A DNA stretch of 20,002 bases, taken from NCBI RefSeq assembly GCF_006345805.1, contig NW_021823997.1:1-20002 (forward strand), given 5' to 3'. Every line of letters starts with the position of its first letter. The stretch's first letter is position 1. Shown one piece after another: positions 1 to 9,861 of this stretch. The stretch comes from Octopus sinensis. Its lineage: Eukaryota. The notes beneath the pieces were generated by a model. The model saw nothing but the letters and a program-made list of their open reading frames with translations, had not been told where the DNA came from and searched no databases. The position numbers and the translations under genes were made by a program.

Positions 1-338
1 TGATTCATTAAATGCAATACTAAATAAAACACAATTATGATACTGCGATATTTATTGGATATTGCCGCATATGTTTCGAATCACACTTTAGGGCACAAAA
101 ACTAGTGGGACCTTCCAGAGGCTGTCACAGCCACCCAAACCGTAACTGACTACGGATTTTGACATCAATTTATGAACCGGATACTCTCCAATGTTGGTCA
201 TTCTCGTGTTTTACTGTGTGTTCGGTGTGAAATTTCTTTCCATCAGTGAACAAGGAAGTCGGGCAGCATAACTGCAGGAATCTGATGCAGGATAAGACGA
301 CTTCTCTGCAGGCGTGGTCTTATAAATATGCGGCAGCT

Positions 339-398
339 CATGACGACAGATAACCACTGTGCAAATCCCATGACGACAGATCATCACTGTGCAAATAA
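339..398. repeat. 30-bp tandem duplication (2 copies)
   Basis: catgacgacagataaccactgtgcaaatcc (339-368) and catgacgacagatcatcactgtgcaaataa (369-398), 26/30 identical. Confidence 0.9.
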
Positions 399-401
399 CA
401 T

Positions 402-767
402 CTACCCATGAAACCATATCAGCATCATAGACATTACCATCAACACCACCATCTGTTCCTGAGATAATTCTTCAGAACCTGGCTTATTTTTGCTGTAACA
501 GCCACTTTTCTGGCGGAACAACGAAGATTTCGCCGTATCTGTTCTGTCGTACTTTTGATAAGGTGTGGGGCTCGCACACTTATTTTCTGGCCATGTCCAG
601 GGCGACCAGCGGTGGAACGAGTCTCTTGAAATTTCTTGACAATATTCCAGACTGTTGTTCGTTAAATCGTAATGGATAATATTTACTATAAATGTATTGC
701 TCCTTCTTTGTGAAAGATTGCGACTGTATTTTGGTCTATAGCCATTAGATAATTTATAAGTCTCAAT
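402..767 (-). CDS. Candidate terminal coding exon of an unidentified extracellular or membrane-anchored protein (5' boundary uncertain)
   Basis: Stop-free minus frame of about 120 codons absent from the ORF track: ...RNLSQRRSNTFIVNIIHYDLTNNSLEYCQEISRDSFHRWSPWTWPENKCASPTPYQKYDRTDTAKSSLFRQKSGCYSKNKPGSEELSQEQMVVLMVMSMMLIWFHG*. It has NLS and NNS sequons, a hydrophobic C-terminal tail, and AATAAA downstream on the minus strand near 52-57. No homologue recognised; acceptor ambiguous. Confidence 0.4.
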   Translation of the reverse strand: METYKLSNGYRPKYSRNLSQRRSNTFIVNIIHYDLTNNSLEYCQEISRDSFHRWSPWTWPENKCASPTPYQKYDRTDTAKSSLFRQKSGCYSKNKPGSEELSQEQMVVLMVMSMMLIWFHG

Positions 768-908
768 TTATTTAGTTTGAAGCAACAAGAATACGCACTA
801 AGCTTTGATAATCATGTCTAATTTTCATAAATTATCACATTTACTATTCCTAACTGATCACAGTTATTAAAGCCCAAAACATTGGTTGCCTTCATATATA
901 TATATTAT

Positions 909-922
909 AGAGAGAGAGAGAG

Positions 923-954
<32 letters not shown>
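909..954. repeat. (GA)n microsatellite
   Basis: Direct reading; a similar tract precedes the duplicate copy at about 4153-4210. Confidence 0.95.
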
Positions 955-1119
955 TGAGCCACTTACACATACATGAAAACTGTTGATAAACGGCAATTGT
1001 TCCGACTTAATGGTCTGAGTTCAAATGCCATCAAGGTCGACTTTGCCTTAGTTATTTCGGGATCGATAAAATAAGTACCAGTTGAGCACAGGGGTCGATA
1101 TAATCAACTTACTTCTAGC
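953..1119 (+). mobile_element. Decayed tRNA-derived SINE fragment, copy 1 of a local duplication
   Basis: B-box-like GAGTTCAAAT then ggtcgactttgcc...gataaaataagtaccagttgagcacaggggtcgat, homologous to the reverse complement of the SINE at 2690-2920. Confidence 0.85.
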
Positions 1120-1168
1120 AAAAACTGTCTGATGAACGGCGACGAGAAACTCAGAGTAACAGATTTTG
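1119..1168 (+). ncRNA. Type I hammerhead ribozyme motif (small, dimer type) in a PLE-like end fragment running to (TA)n at about 1196
   Basis: Stem I CAAAA-A-CUGU / ACAG-A-UUUUG; core CUGAUGA 1129-1135; A-CG(GCGA)CG-A stem II; GAAA 1146-1149; stem III ACUC-A-GAGU; GUA triplet 1156-1158. Confidence 0.75.
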
Positions 1169-1651
1169 TTGAATTTTCTGCTGCTTTAAATAAAGTATAT
1201 ATATATATATTTTTTTTTTCAAAGTCAATGATGTCTTGCTCAAAGACAATACATCTGTTTTCAGTCCCCAAAATCTTGGTCTCTATTCACGAATCTGACT
1301 TATGTCAACCACACAGAAGGACGATGTCAGTCAACTATCACCAAAGAAAGGTGGTTATTCCACCCTCAAAATGAACAAAAACGGCTGTCAATGGGTTTCG
1401 GAATTTAAATATGTACAAATGTTGACATAACTCTCTCATTCACCAAATGGCAATTGTTAAAAAGCATTCGTGAAGTAAAATCATGTAGCAATCATGTAAA
1501 ATCATGGCCACAGCTCGTGAGCTGAAACTAGATAAAATAAAAATAAAAAATAAAAATAAATAAACTAAAATAACTGTGGTTGACAGACAATAATCGAGTT
1601 CATATAAAACGATTTTGTTGCTTAGTTCTCATGTGAAAATGCCCACCTTAC

Positions 1652-1809
1652 AAAACTGCAGCGCTAGGTGAGAATAGCAGGAACCAGTACTCTCTGTCGT
1701 TAGAAGAGTCTGGTTTGGCATTTCTGCAAATATCATGGGTGAAAGTCCACCAGAAATGTTGATCATTTGAATTTCTCCAAGGTTGGTGTTGCCGGTGCCT
1801 AAATCTAAT
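1652..1809 (-). CDS. Candidate internal exon (158 nt)
   Basis: Acceptor ttactttctctAG before 1809 and donor GTAAGG after 1652. Two frames are open: IRFRHRQHQPWRNSNDQHFWWTFTHDICRNAKPDSSNDREYWFLLFSPSAAV and LDLGTGNTNLGEIQMINISGGLSPMIFAEMPNQTLLTTESTGSCYSHLALQF. Product not recognised. Confidence 0.4.
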
Positions 1810-2119
1810 CTAGAGAAAGTAAGGCTTTGAAGGATAATTGAATACGTTACTCGAATTGTAGAACGTTGCATAACAAGATATTGGAAATGTCTTATGTTAC
1901 TGAAAGATGCAAGGGGACGACCTTCTGGTATTTATGAATAAAACATCTGCAGAACATAGAGAAATGTCTTCACCTTCCCTAACCACCACCGTATATAACG
2001 GGTCTACGAACACCAGATTTGATAGAACCACTTTTAAATTTTCACGGTATTTTGGTCGTAACATCTCTCACTTCCATATATAAACCTCGCACAATAAATT
2101 CTGAATACGCATTAATACG

Positions 2120-2329
2120 TCTCTTTTACTTGTTTCAGTCATTTGACTGCGGCCATACTGGAGCACCGCCTTTAATCGAGCAACTCGACCCCGGAACTTA
2201 TTCTTTTGCAAGCCCAGTACTTATTCTATCGGTCTCTTTTGCCGAACCGCTAGTTGACGGGGACATAAACACACCAGCATCGGCTGTCAAACAATGCTGA
2301 GGGGACAAATACAGTCACACAAACATACA

Positions 2330-2405
<76 letters not shown>

Positions 2406-2578
2406 CATATATACGATGGGCATTTTTCAGTTTCCGCCTACCAAATCCACTCAGGAGGCTTAGGTTGGCCCGAGGATATATTAGAAGACACTTGCCCAAG
2501 GTTCCATGCAGTGGGACTGAATCCGGAACCATGCGGTTGGTAAGCAATCTACTTACCACACAGCGACTCTTGCGTCTC
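2120..2578 (-). mobile_element. Near full-length tRNA-derived CORE-type SINE with internal (TA)/(TG) microsatellite (probably octopus OR2-like)
   Basis: Minus strand has A/B-box-like head (tgtgtggtaag...ggattcagtccc), CORE-like accttgggcaagtgtcttcta, central microsatellite and 3' body ending aaatgactgaaacaagtaaaag. CGTCTC flanks both ends (2118-2123, 2573-2578). Family name is from recall. Confidence 0.9.
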
Positions 2579-2689
2579 ATCCCTTATTAATATCCATCTT
2601 CAGAATTTCAAAACAAAAGTTCGCTAGCATTAATCACTTAATTACACACAAACAGACACACTCATATATTTCTTCATGCATAAACTCCT

Positions 2690-2920
2690 ATTTCTTTATT
2701 ACCCTCAAGGGGCCAAACACAGAGGGGACAAACAAGGACAGACATAGGTTTTAAGTCGATTACATCGACCCCAGTGCGTAACTGGTACTTAATTTATCGA
2801 CTCCGAAAGGATGAAAGGCAAAGTCGACCTCGGCGGAATTTGAACTCACAACGTAACGCAGACGAAATACCGCTAAGCATTTCGCCCGGCGAGCTAACGT
2901 TTCTGCCAGCTCGCCGCCTT
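2690..2920 (-). mobile_element. Young full-length tRNA-derived SINE with 18-bp target-site duplication
   Basis: Head aaggcggcgagctggcagaaacgttag, B box gagttcaaattcc, tail aataaagaaat. CTTCATGCATAAACTCCT is repeated at 2672-2689 and 2933-2950. Confidence 0.92.
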
Positions 2921-3631
2921 AAGCTCCTTAAACTTCATGCATAAACTCCTGCTTCCTTTAATATGTTACTCAGACTCTTATTTAAGGATTATAATTCCTG
3001 TTATAACGAAAAAGGGCCGATAGTCTTTGCAGGATTGCATTTCACCGCAAATGTGCAAGCAAAGGGCGGACCTCAGCATAAAACAAAATGCCCGCCATTG
3101 ATATACACCAACAGAAAAAAAAAATCCATTCACCCAGTCGATTTATTTCCTGAAAATGCATCACATATTCAGTCTAGCTATTCCAGACTACCACCTCAAG
3201 TATCGTTCGACACCGGCAAGTATTCCCCACGGCTGTATTACACTCACACTACAAACACCAACATCCATTCTTGTAACAAAAGCATCTTTCACTCACTCAA
3301 CGAACGACGTCTCCACAATAACATAATGGAACAAAAGCAAAAGATAAATAAATAAATAAAATCTAAACCAAGCCAATTGGATTAACGCCGAACCCAATAT
3401 AACAAGTTCGATAATATCGATCGGTTTGTCAATCTGGTTTTGTATTCAATGTAATAAATCAATACTTATCTTGCTTTTGTTTTCTTTTTGTCTTGCGTTC
3501 TTAGGTCGTATGTGTAATATTTTTAGAATATAAAAAATATATCTAATATCAATTTATTAATGATAACAACAGCGTATACGTATCATCACGAGGATTTGTA
3601 TATTCTTGAGTAATAGGTTTTGTGTGTGTGA

Positions 3632-3663
<32 letters not shown>

Positions 3664-4210
3664 CTGTGTGTTTTGGGCTTGCATGTGCTTGTATGTATCT
3701 ATAAGTGATCATATTTAAATAGTTCTGTGTGTGAGAGTGGATATCAGCGTGTCCCTGCAAGAGTGCGTTTTATATGTGTGTATAGATGCAATATTGTATA
3801 AGAATTATGCGAGAAAAATTCAGAATAAAATACAAATGCTAAAAATAATATATGTATGCGTGCTTTATCGCAAATAGCTGTTACGTGGTAACAGGGCGCG
3901 CTCGAAGTAGCAGCCAAATCTTTGGAGCTGAGATTCGTTGAATGCAATCGAAAAAATGTTTGCAATGGTATACTCTTAGGGCGATTTTTCACTTTGAGTC
4001 TCAGAACTGTAATTTTTGAATAATCATCCAAATCAGCTGGATTTGTTTCTCAATTTCCGTAAAAAAATTGTATTTATTTACTTTGGTTTTAAAGTGAAAG
4101 TGAGGAAACAGTGAAAGATGAATGAACGTGTATATGAAATGGAAGTGTGTGGGAGAGAGAGAGAGGGGAGAGAGAGGGGGAGAGAGAGAGAGAGGGAGAG
4201 AGATAGAGAT

Positions 4211-4410
4211 AGTGAGCCACTTACATATACATGAGAACTGTTGATAAACGGCAATTGTTCCGACTTAATGGTCTGAGTTCAAATGCCATCAAGGTCGATT
4301 TAGCCTTAGTTATTTCGGGATCGATAAAATAAGTACCAGTTGAGCACAGGGGTCGATGTAATCAACTTACACTTTGCTGCACAATTTCTAGCCTTCTGCC
4401 AAAATTTGAA
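4211..4410 (+). mobile_element. Decayed SINE fragment, copy 2 of the local duplication
   Basis: 155/160 identical to 953-1112, then continues into a SINE-like 3' end (ttctagccttctgccaaaatttgaaa). Confidence 0.85.
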
Positions 4411-6179
4411 AAAAATATACGTTTGACTGATAAATCTTCAGCAGAATTCAATTTATAAGGAGTTTTTTCTGGAGTCCGGAGAATTTATTTTCTTCTTTAG
4501 ATTAATGCATCTACATCATTTGATTTTATAGTAGAAGTCTTCATATTTGGGGATCTTTATTCATTTCATTGCCATATCAGAAGGATCAAAATGTGCTTCT
4601 AATCCACTGGACGCACTGAAATTGATGTAACCAACTGTAGTTTTGATGAAAAATAGCATATTTCAACTCACAGAAGTCCATTTAATTTGGACGTTTCGTA
4701 TCGTCATAGCTAGGTATAGTTATCATATATTTTCATATATTTTGTAAATTTTAGAATTGAAATACCAATATAGTATGATTTTTCAGTCGTCAGATTATTA
4801 AAGAAAAAACGAGTACTAACATACGAAAGAGTAAGAAGTTAACCAACATACGTGTTAAAGAGTACCAACGTACGAAACATTCGTGAATTCTATGAAGTTC
4901 CTTCTTTGTTGTTATCTAGCTATGCTCTGCACATTAATAAATAAAGAATTGTGCTAGTGCTAGTAGGAAGAGTGCAAATAGAATCAGTAGTTCACTGGAG
5001 TCAAAGAACACTGCAGAGGAACAATATTCTAATACATACATACATACATACATACATTCGACGTATAATGAAATAATTTTTAGTATTATAAAACATTTTT
5101 ACACATACACACACACAGATATACAGACAGATTCACACAGGCACACACACACGCACTCACACACTGCAAGTACCTACATACATGCATATATGCTCATTTA
5201 CAAACACTAACAAGAGTTAGCTTTAGGTATTTTAGACGTTTTTAGAATTTCAAGGACATATAATATTGATACATACTGTATTTTTCTTTCCTTCATATCT
5301 TCTCCATATATTTACGTGTGCGGGTGTATATGCGTGTATGCGTGTGTATGTAAATGTGTGGGTGTGCAAGTGTGTACATGTATATATGTGTACGCATACT
5401 TCCACTCACACACACACACACACAACGAAATATACATGCATGTATACGTATGTATTCCTTCGGAGTATGGATCAACTATTTTACATAAGCGACCGCTAGA
5501 ATGTGTTAATTTACGCAATACGTTGCGTATAAATTTCCCACCCTTTCCTCATTTGTCTTCTGCTCTGGTTTAGATTTGTTGAAATCTCGGTTCAATCATC
5601 TAATTTGTAAGTCTCCTTTAATTTCCAGACAGCGCATCTCCAGCTGTGATATTTCTATACATCCATGTCACTATTGTATGAAAAAATGCATTTATTATGC
5701 ATTTACCTCTCCAGAATACTTACACCAGTGGTCCTACTTAACACGTGTTCCTGCATATGTGAATTCGGAATCCTAGTGTAACGTTAATTTAGAATTACAA
5801 CCATTGTTGTTGGCATCTGTCGGAGGCCTCTTTTGTGCGAGTGTTTGTATATGAATAAGGGATCATGTTGACATGCGGGAGTGAATGGGTTAAACAATTA
5901 GAAACCTACTTAATCCCCCCGTTTTTTTTTCTTCTTTCTTATAAAGTTGCAACCCAATAGGGGGTTACAAGGAAGCATTAAATTGGAAATGATTTGCAAT
6001 GCAGCATTTCTTAGTCTGGATAATATTAACAAGTTTCTTCTTAGTTTTCGAGTGAGGTGATTATATTACACAGCTTTCTCAGGTTTCAAATCTTCCTCAT
6101 GGTTTTCTCTCAAATCAGCGCGGGATGGATGCCAGTGTAGTTATTTATACGATGCTTATAAAAAAATATCACTACCTGA

Positions 6180-6305
6180 GAAGAAGACTGCTTCCCAATA
6201 ACATGGTTCTGGGTTCAGTCCCACAGCTTTCTAAATTATACTTGGTCTAACCAAATCCGAGTGAGTGGAACTGGTTGATGGAATCTGAAAGAAGAACGTT
6301 CTATA
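6180..6305 (+). mobile_element. Degenerate, internally deleted CORE-SINE 5' part
   Basis: gcttcccaataacatggttctgggttcagtcccac...accaaatccgagtgagtgga...gaaagaag aligns by eye with the SINE at 2120-2578; followed by (TA)n. Confidence 0.7.
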
Positions 6306-6476
6306 TATATAATGTATGTATGTTATGTATATATATATATATATATATAATATATATATATATAAAGCAATAAGATTCAAGTTATTTAAATGAATTTACT
6401 TGAATATGGTACCTAACTTAGATGCACCAAAAAAACTATACTGTTTTAACAATACAGTAATGTGGGGTGATTATAA

Positions 6477-7105
6477 GCGAGAAAGAAGCAACAAGAATGG
6501 ATAGGTTTTTAGTACAATCGTTTCATACAAGGACAGGCTTATTAAAAGTTGTAAAAATTACAGCATATAACGTGTCCCGTAGCTCACAGCTTAAAAAAAA
6601 TGTGAGTTCTCTAGACCTTCATTGTGGGTCTCAACTTACATCTACACCATTGGAATTGTGCATCTATACAAAAGGATTAATTCACCCTCTCTGTAATGCT
6701 AATAAGCAGGAATTGAGACCCACCTCGTTGTGATTAACAATGGATATTTGTCTTCTGTGAGTATGTAATCCCTCATCATATCTCTGGAAATTCATATGTG
6801 CTCTATGGATTAGGTCCACCTTCTCTGTGATGCTATTAGAACTTTTTTAAAATTCTGTGATAAGACTGTACATCATCTTTAAAGAACTTTAATGAACTTT
6901 GGAAATCTGTTTATGTTACTTATTATCTACATTATTCATGAGTATAGCCTCAACCACTAGGATGTCTAGAGAACTCACATGTATTTTAGCTGATGAGTAC
7001 GGGACGCGTTTATATGCTGTAATTTTTAACAACTTTTAATAAAGCCTGTCCTTGTATGAAACGATTGTACTAAAAACCTATCCATTCTTGTTGCTTCTTT
7101 CTCGC
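6477..7105. mobile_element. 629-bp foldback element with about 140-bp inverted arms, each an HHR-bearing PLE-like terminal repeat
   Basis: Left arm 6477-6616 is the reverse complement of right arm 6964-7105. The outer 64 nt are identical and the inner part has several indels and substitutions. Spacer 6617-6963. TA lies just outside both ends. Confidence 0.9.
6984..7075 (+). ncRNA. Type I hammerhead ribozyme with intact consensus core
   Basis: Stem I UUUUAG (6984-6989) / CUAAAA (7070-7075); CUGAUGA 6990-6996; stem II GUACGGGAC / GUCC(U)UGUAU with a long loop; GAAA 7058-7061; stem III AC-GAUU-GU; GUA triplet 7067-7069, predicted cleavage after 7069. Confidence 0.85.
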
Positions 7106-7106
7106 G

Positions 7107-7138
7107 TATATATATATATATATAATAATATATTATAT

Positions 7139-7172
<34 letters not shown>

Positions 7173-7366
7173 ATATATATATAATATATATATATTATAT
7201 ATATATTATATATATATTATATATATATATATATATATAATATATATATATATATTATTATATTATATATATATATATATAATATATATAATATATATAT
7301 ATATATATTATATATATCTATATATATATATATATATAATATATATATATATATTATATATATATA

Positions 7367-7426
<60 letters not shown>

Positions 7427-7448
7427 TATAGATATATATCTAATATAT

Positions 7449-7494
<46 letters not shown>
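7107..7494. repeat. Long imperfect (TA)n tract
   Basis: About 390 bp of almost pure A/T alternation. Confidence 0.97.
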
Positions 7495-7495
7495 G

Positions 7496-7790
7496 TGGAG
7501 GCGCAATGGCCCAGGTTAAGGCAGCGGACTCGCGGTTGTAGGATCGCGGTTTCGATTCCCAGACCAGGCGTTGTGAGTGTTTATTGAGCAAAAACACCTA
7601 AAGTTCCACGACGCTCCGGCAGGGGGTTGTGGCGATCCCTGCCGTACTCTTTTACCACAACTTTCTCTCACTCTTTCTTCTGTTGACTGCTCGCTTAGCC
7701 AGTGGGGTGGCGTCATTTAAAGGCTAAAACAATGCTAAACGCATTGTGACCAGAGATGTGTAGCAACATCAGATAGCGCGGTCGGTCACG
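7496..7790 (+). mobile_element. tRNA-derived SINE (third family), full length
   Basis: Head tggaggcgcaatggcccaggttaaggcagcggactcgcgg...ggtttcgattccc with A and B boxes; homologous to the reverse complement of 8547-8828. Confidence 0.9.
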
Positions 7791-7999
7791 GTGATCATAG
7801 TGATATATGCATATATATATATGCCTATCCCGGAATATATAGGTGTGTGTTTATGTGCATGTCTGTATGTATGTGGATGTGTGTGGATGTGTGGGTGTGT
7901 ATTTGCTTGTGTATGTGTATGAAGAAATAATTATATTTCTTCCGTTTGGTTTATCTTTTACATTTTATTTCTTTTTGCCATTTCCCTGCGCCCATGTTG

Positions 8000-8125
8000 G
8001 GGTACTGCCTTTAATGGTATCAGTCGAATAAATCTAACAGTTCAATAAACCTGGTACTCATTCTATCAGTCTCTTTTTGCCGAATCTCTAAGTTACGAGG
8101 ATGTAAACACAAGAACATTGGTTGA
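8000..8125 (-). mobile_element. Degenerate 3' body fragment of the CORE-type SINE
   Basis: tcattctatcagtctctttttgccgaatctctaagttacgaggatgtaaacac matches 2220-2272. Confidence 0.75.
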
Positions 8126-8244
8126 CATGTACTTGTGCAGCACAAATACAGATATAAAGACTCACATATGTAAGTATATGTGTGTGTGTGTATATGTGCG
8201 TACGTGCTTGTGTGTATATGTATGTATATGTAAGTGTATATCTA

Positions 8245-8283
<39 letters not shown>

Positions 8284-8378
8284 TATACTACATATGTATA
8301 TATAGGTATACATATATATGTATATATATATATACGTGTGTAGATTATATATATACGTGTATATATATACATACACAT

Positions 8379-8409
<31 letters not shown>

Positions 8410-8546
8410 AGTATATATACGTATATATGTACTTACATATATACATCTATATATGTGTGTGTATATGTCTGTATTTGCCCGTATATATACGTGTGTATAT
8501 TTATATACATATATACATATATATGTATATATATTATTTTTTTTTG

Positions 8547-8828
8547 CGTGACCGACCAGCCCATCAGATGTAGTTACATATCGCAGGTCACAATGCGTTC
8601 GCATTGTTTTAGCCTTCGAATGACGCCACTCCGCTGGCTAAGCGTGCAGTCCAACAGAAGAAAGAGTGGTGAAAGAGTACAGCAGGGATCACCACCCCCT
8701 GCCGGAGCTTCGTGGAGCTTTAAGGTGTTTTCGCTCAATAAACACTCAAAACGCTCTGTCTGGGAATCGAAACCGCGATCCTACGACTGCGAGTCCGCTG
8801 CCCTAACCACTGGTCCATTGCGCCTCCA
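8547..8828 (-). mobile_element. tRNA-derived SINE, same family as 7496-7790, opposite strand
   Basis: Colinear reverse-complement alignment with 7496-7790. It lacks the 13-nt aactttctctcac segment, which lies between cac repeats. Confidence 0.9.
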
Positions 8829-8829
8829 T

Positions 8830-8858
8830 ATATTATATATATTATATATATAGATAGG

Positions 8859-8907
<49 letters not shown>

Positions 8908-8996
8908 ATATATATAATAAATATATATATATATTATATATATATATATATATAATATATATATTATATATATATATATATATATACATATATATA

Positions 8997-9030
<34 letters not shown>

Positions 9031-9031
9031 T

Positions 9032-9071
<40 letters not shown>

Positions 9072-9075
9072 ATAT
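8830..9075. repeat. Long imperfect (TA)n tract
   Basis: Direct reading. Confidence 0.95.
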
Positions 9076-9261
9076 TATATACATACATATATAATATATA
9101 TGTATGTATATATATACAGTGTTTTATATATATATGCATAAATACCTATATACATACATATATGTATGTGTGTGTGTGTGTATGTGTATGTTTATGTATA
9201 TATAGAGAATCCCTCCACCATGTAAGAGAGTAAAGATAATCTTAAAATAAATGAAACAAAT

Positions 9262-9861
9262 CTTGGAAATTACAGTAATATTTTTTGAAATGCGCATATG
9301 CAGAAAAAATCTCCTTCCTCGAATTCATATGTTCTTTGGAGGTTCTTAAGTGTTTAATACATACTGTCTTTCAAGTGAAGGAATTGAAAATGCTTAGATA
9401 CTTTAATACAGAGTCTGGATTTGGAGCGGATTTTCCAGTTGATGTCGAAATTGTTCCTTCTGTCTTCAAGCTTTCAGATGAAAGCCGAATGGCTTGTTGA
9501 AAGTATCTTAGCACGGTACCTAAAAATAGAAGGATGTTCGTTGTATCTAGATTTAAATTTTTCTTTCACAGCCCCGATATATCTCATATCTGTACGACCA
9601 TTGTCATAGCTGGCTTCATAAAACGTGCTTCATAAACAATGGAAGATATATCTCACATCTACTCTTGAGGACATTTCGATCTGTCACTGCTTGTGGATCC
9701 TGGGCAGGTTTGAGTTGCGATTGATATACGACAACATTAAGAGGACAAGAGAAGATACCCTTTATTATGTGTCTATAAAGATTTTATTGTATCTATTAAG
9801 GGGAAGAGCCTTCTACCTAAATATGTTCTTACATTAAGGAAGGACATGAGGGCGAATTAAA
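9262..9861 (-). pseudogene. Decayed Penelope-like retroelement ORF 3' part: linker plus GIY-YIG endonuclease (Naiad-like)
   Basis: Minus-strand translation across frameshifts: NVRTYLGRRLFPLIDT, IKGIFSCPLNV, SKCP, IVYEA (9626-9640), RYIGAVKEKFKSRYNEHPSIFRYRAKILSTSHSAFI*KLEDRRNNFDINWKI (YIG at 9573-9581), MNSRKEIFSAYAHFKKY. This matches the YIG.T...FK.RY..H..SF...ST.LS..IW.LK...I.W.I pattern I recall for this PLE group. Confidence 0.8.

Noticed and set aside
128-141. ACAGCCACCCAAAC also present near 10949
   Set aside because: The match does not extend; probably chance.
4811-4877. Three decayed GAGTACCAACATACGAAA-like repeats, superficially CRISPR-like
   Set aside because: Short, irregular, no spacers of consistent length, eukaryotic context; ordinary tandem duplication.
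5724-5772. Possible 49-nt minus-strand exon (IPNSHMQEHVLSRTTG) with GTAAGT donor, phase-compatible with the 1809 acceptor
   Set aside because: Weak acceptor, too short to judge, and several such donor hexamers are expected by chance in 20 kb.
5865-5895. GAATGGGTTAA resembling a piggyBac-type TTAACCC terminus
   Set aside because: No matching opposite end found in the window.
7496-7570. tRNA-like sequence
   Set aside because: It is a SINE head: it continues into a repeat body shared with 8547-8828, and I found no complete cloverleaf.
9421-9837. Plus-strand ORFs with faint RT-like words (DVE, YDNI)
   Set aside because: The minus strand gives a much longer ordered match to a GIY-YIG region, so these are antisense artefacts.
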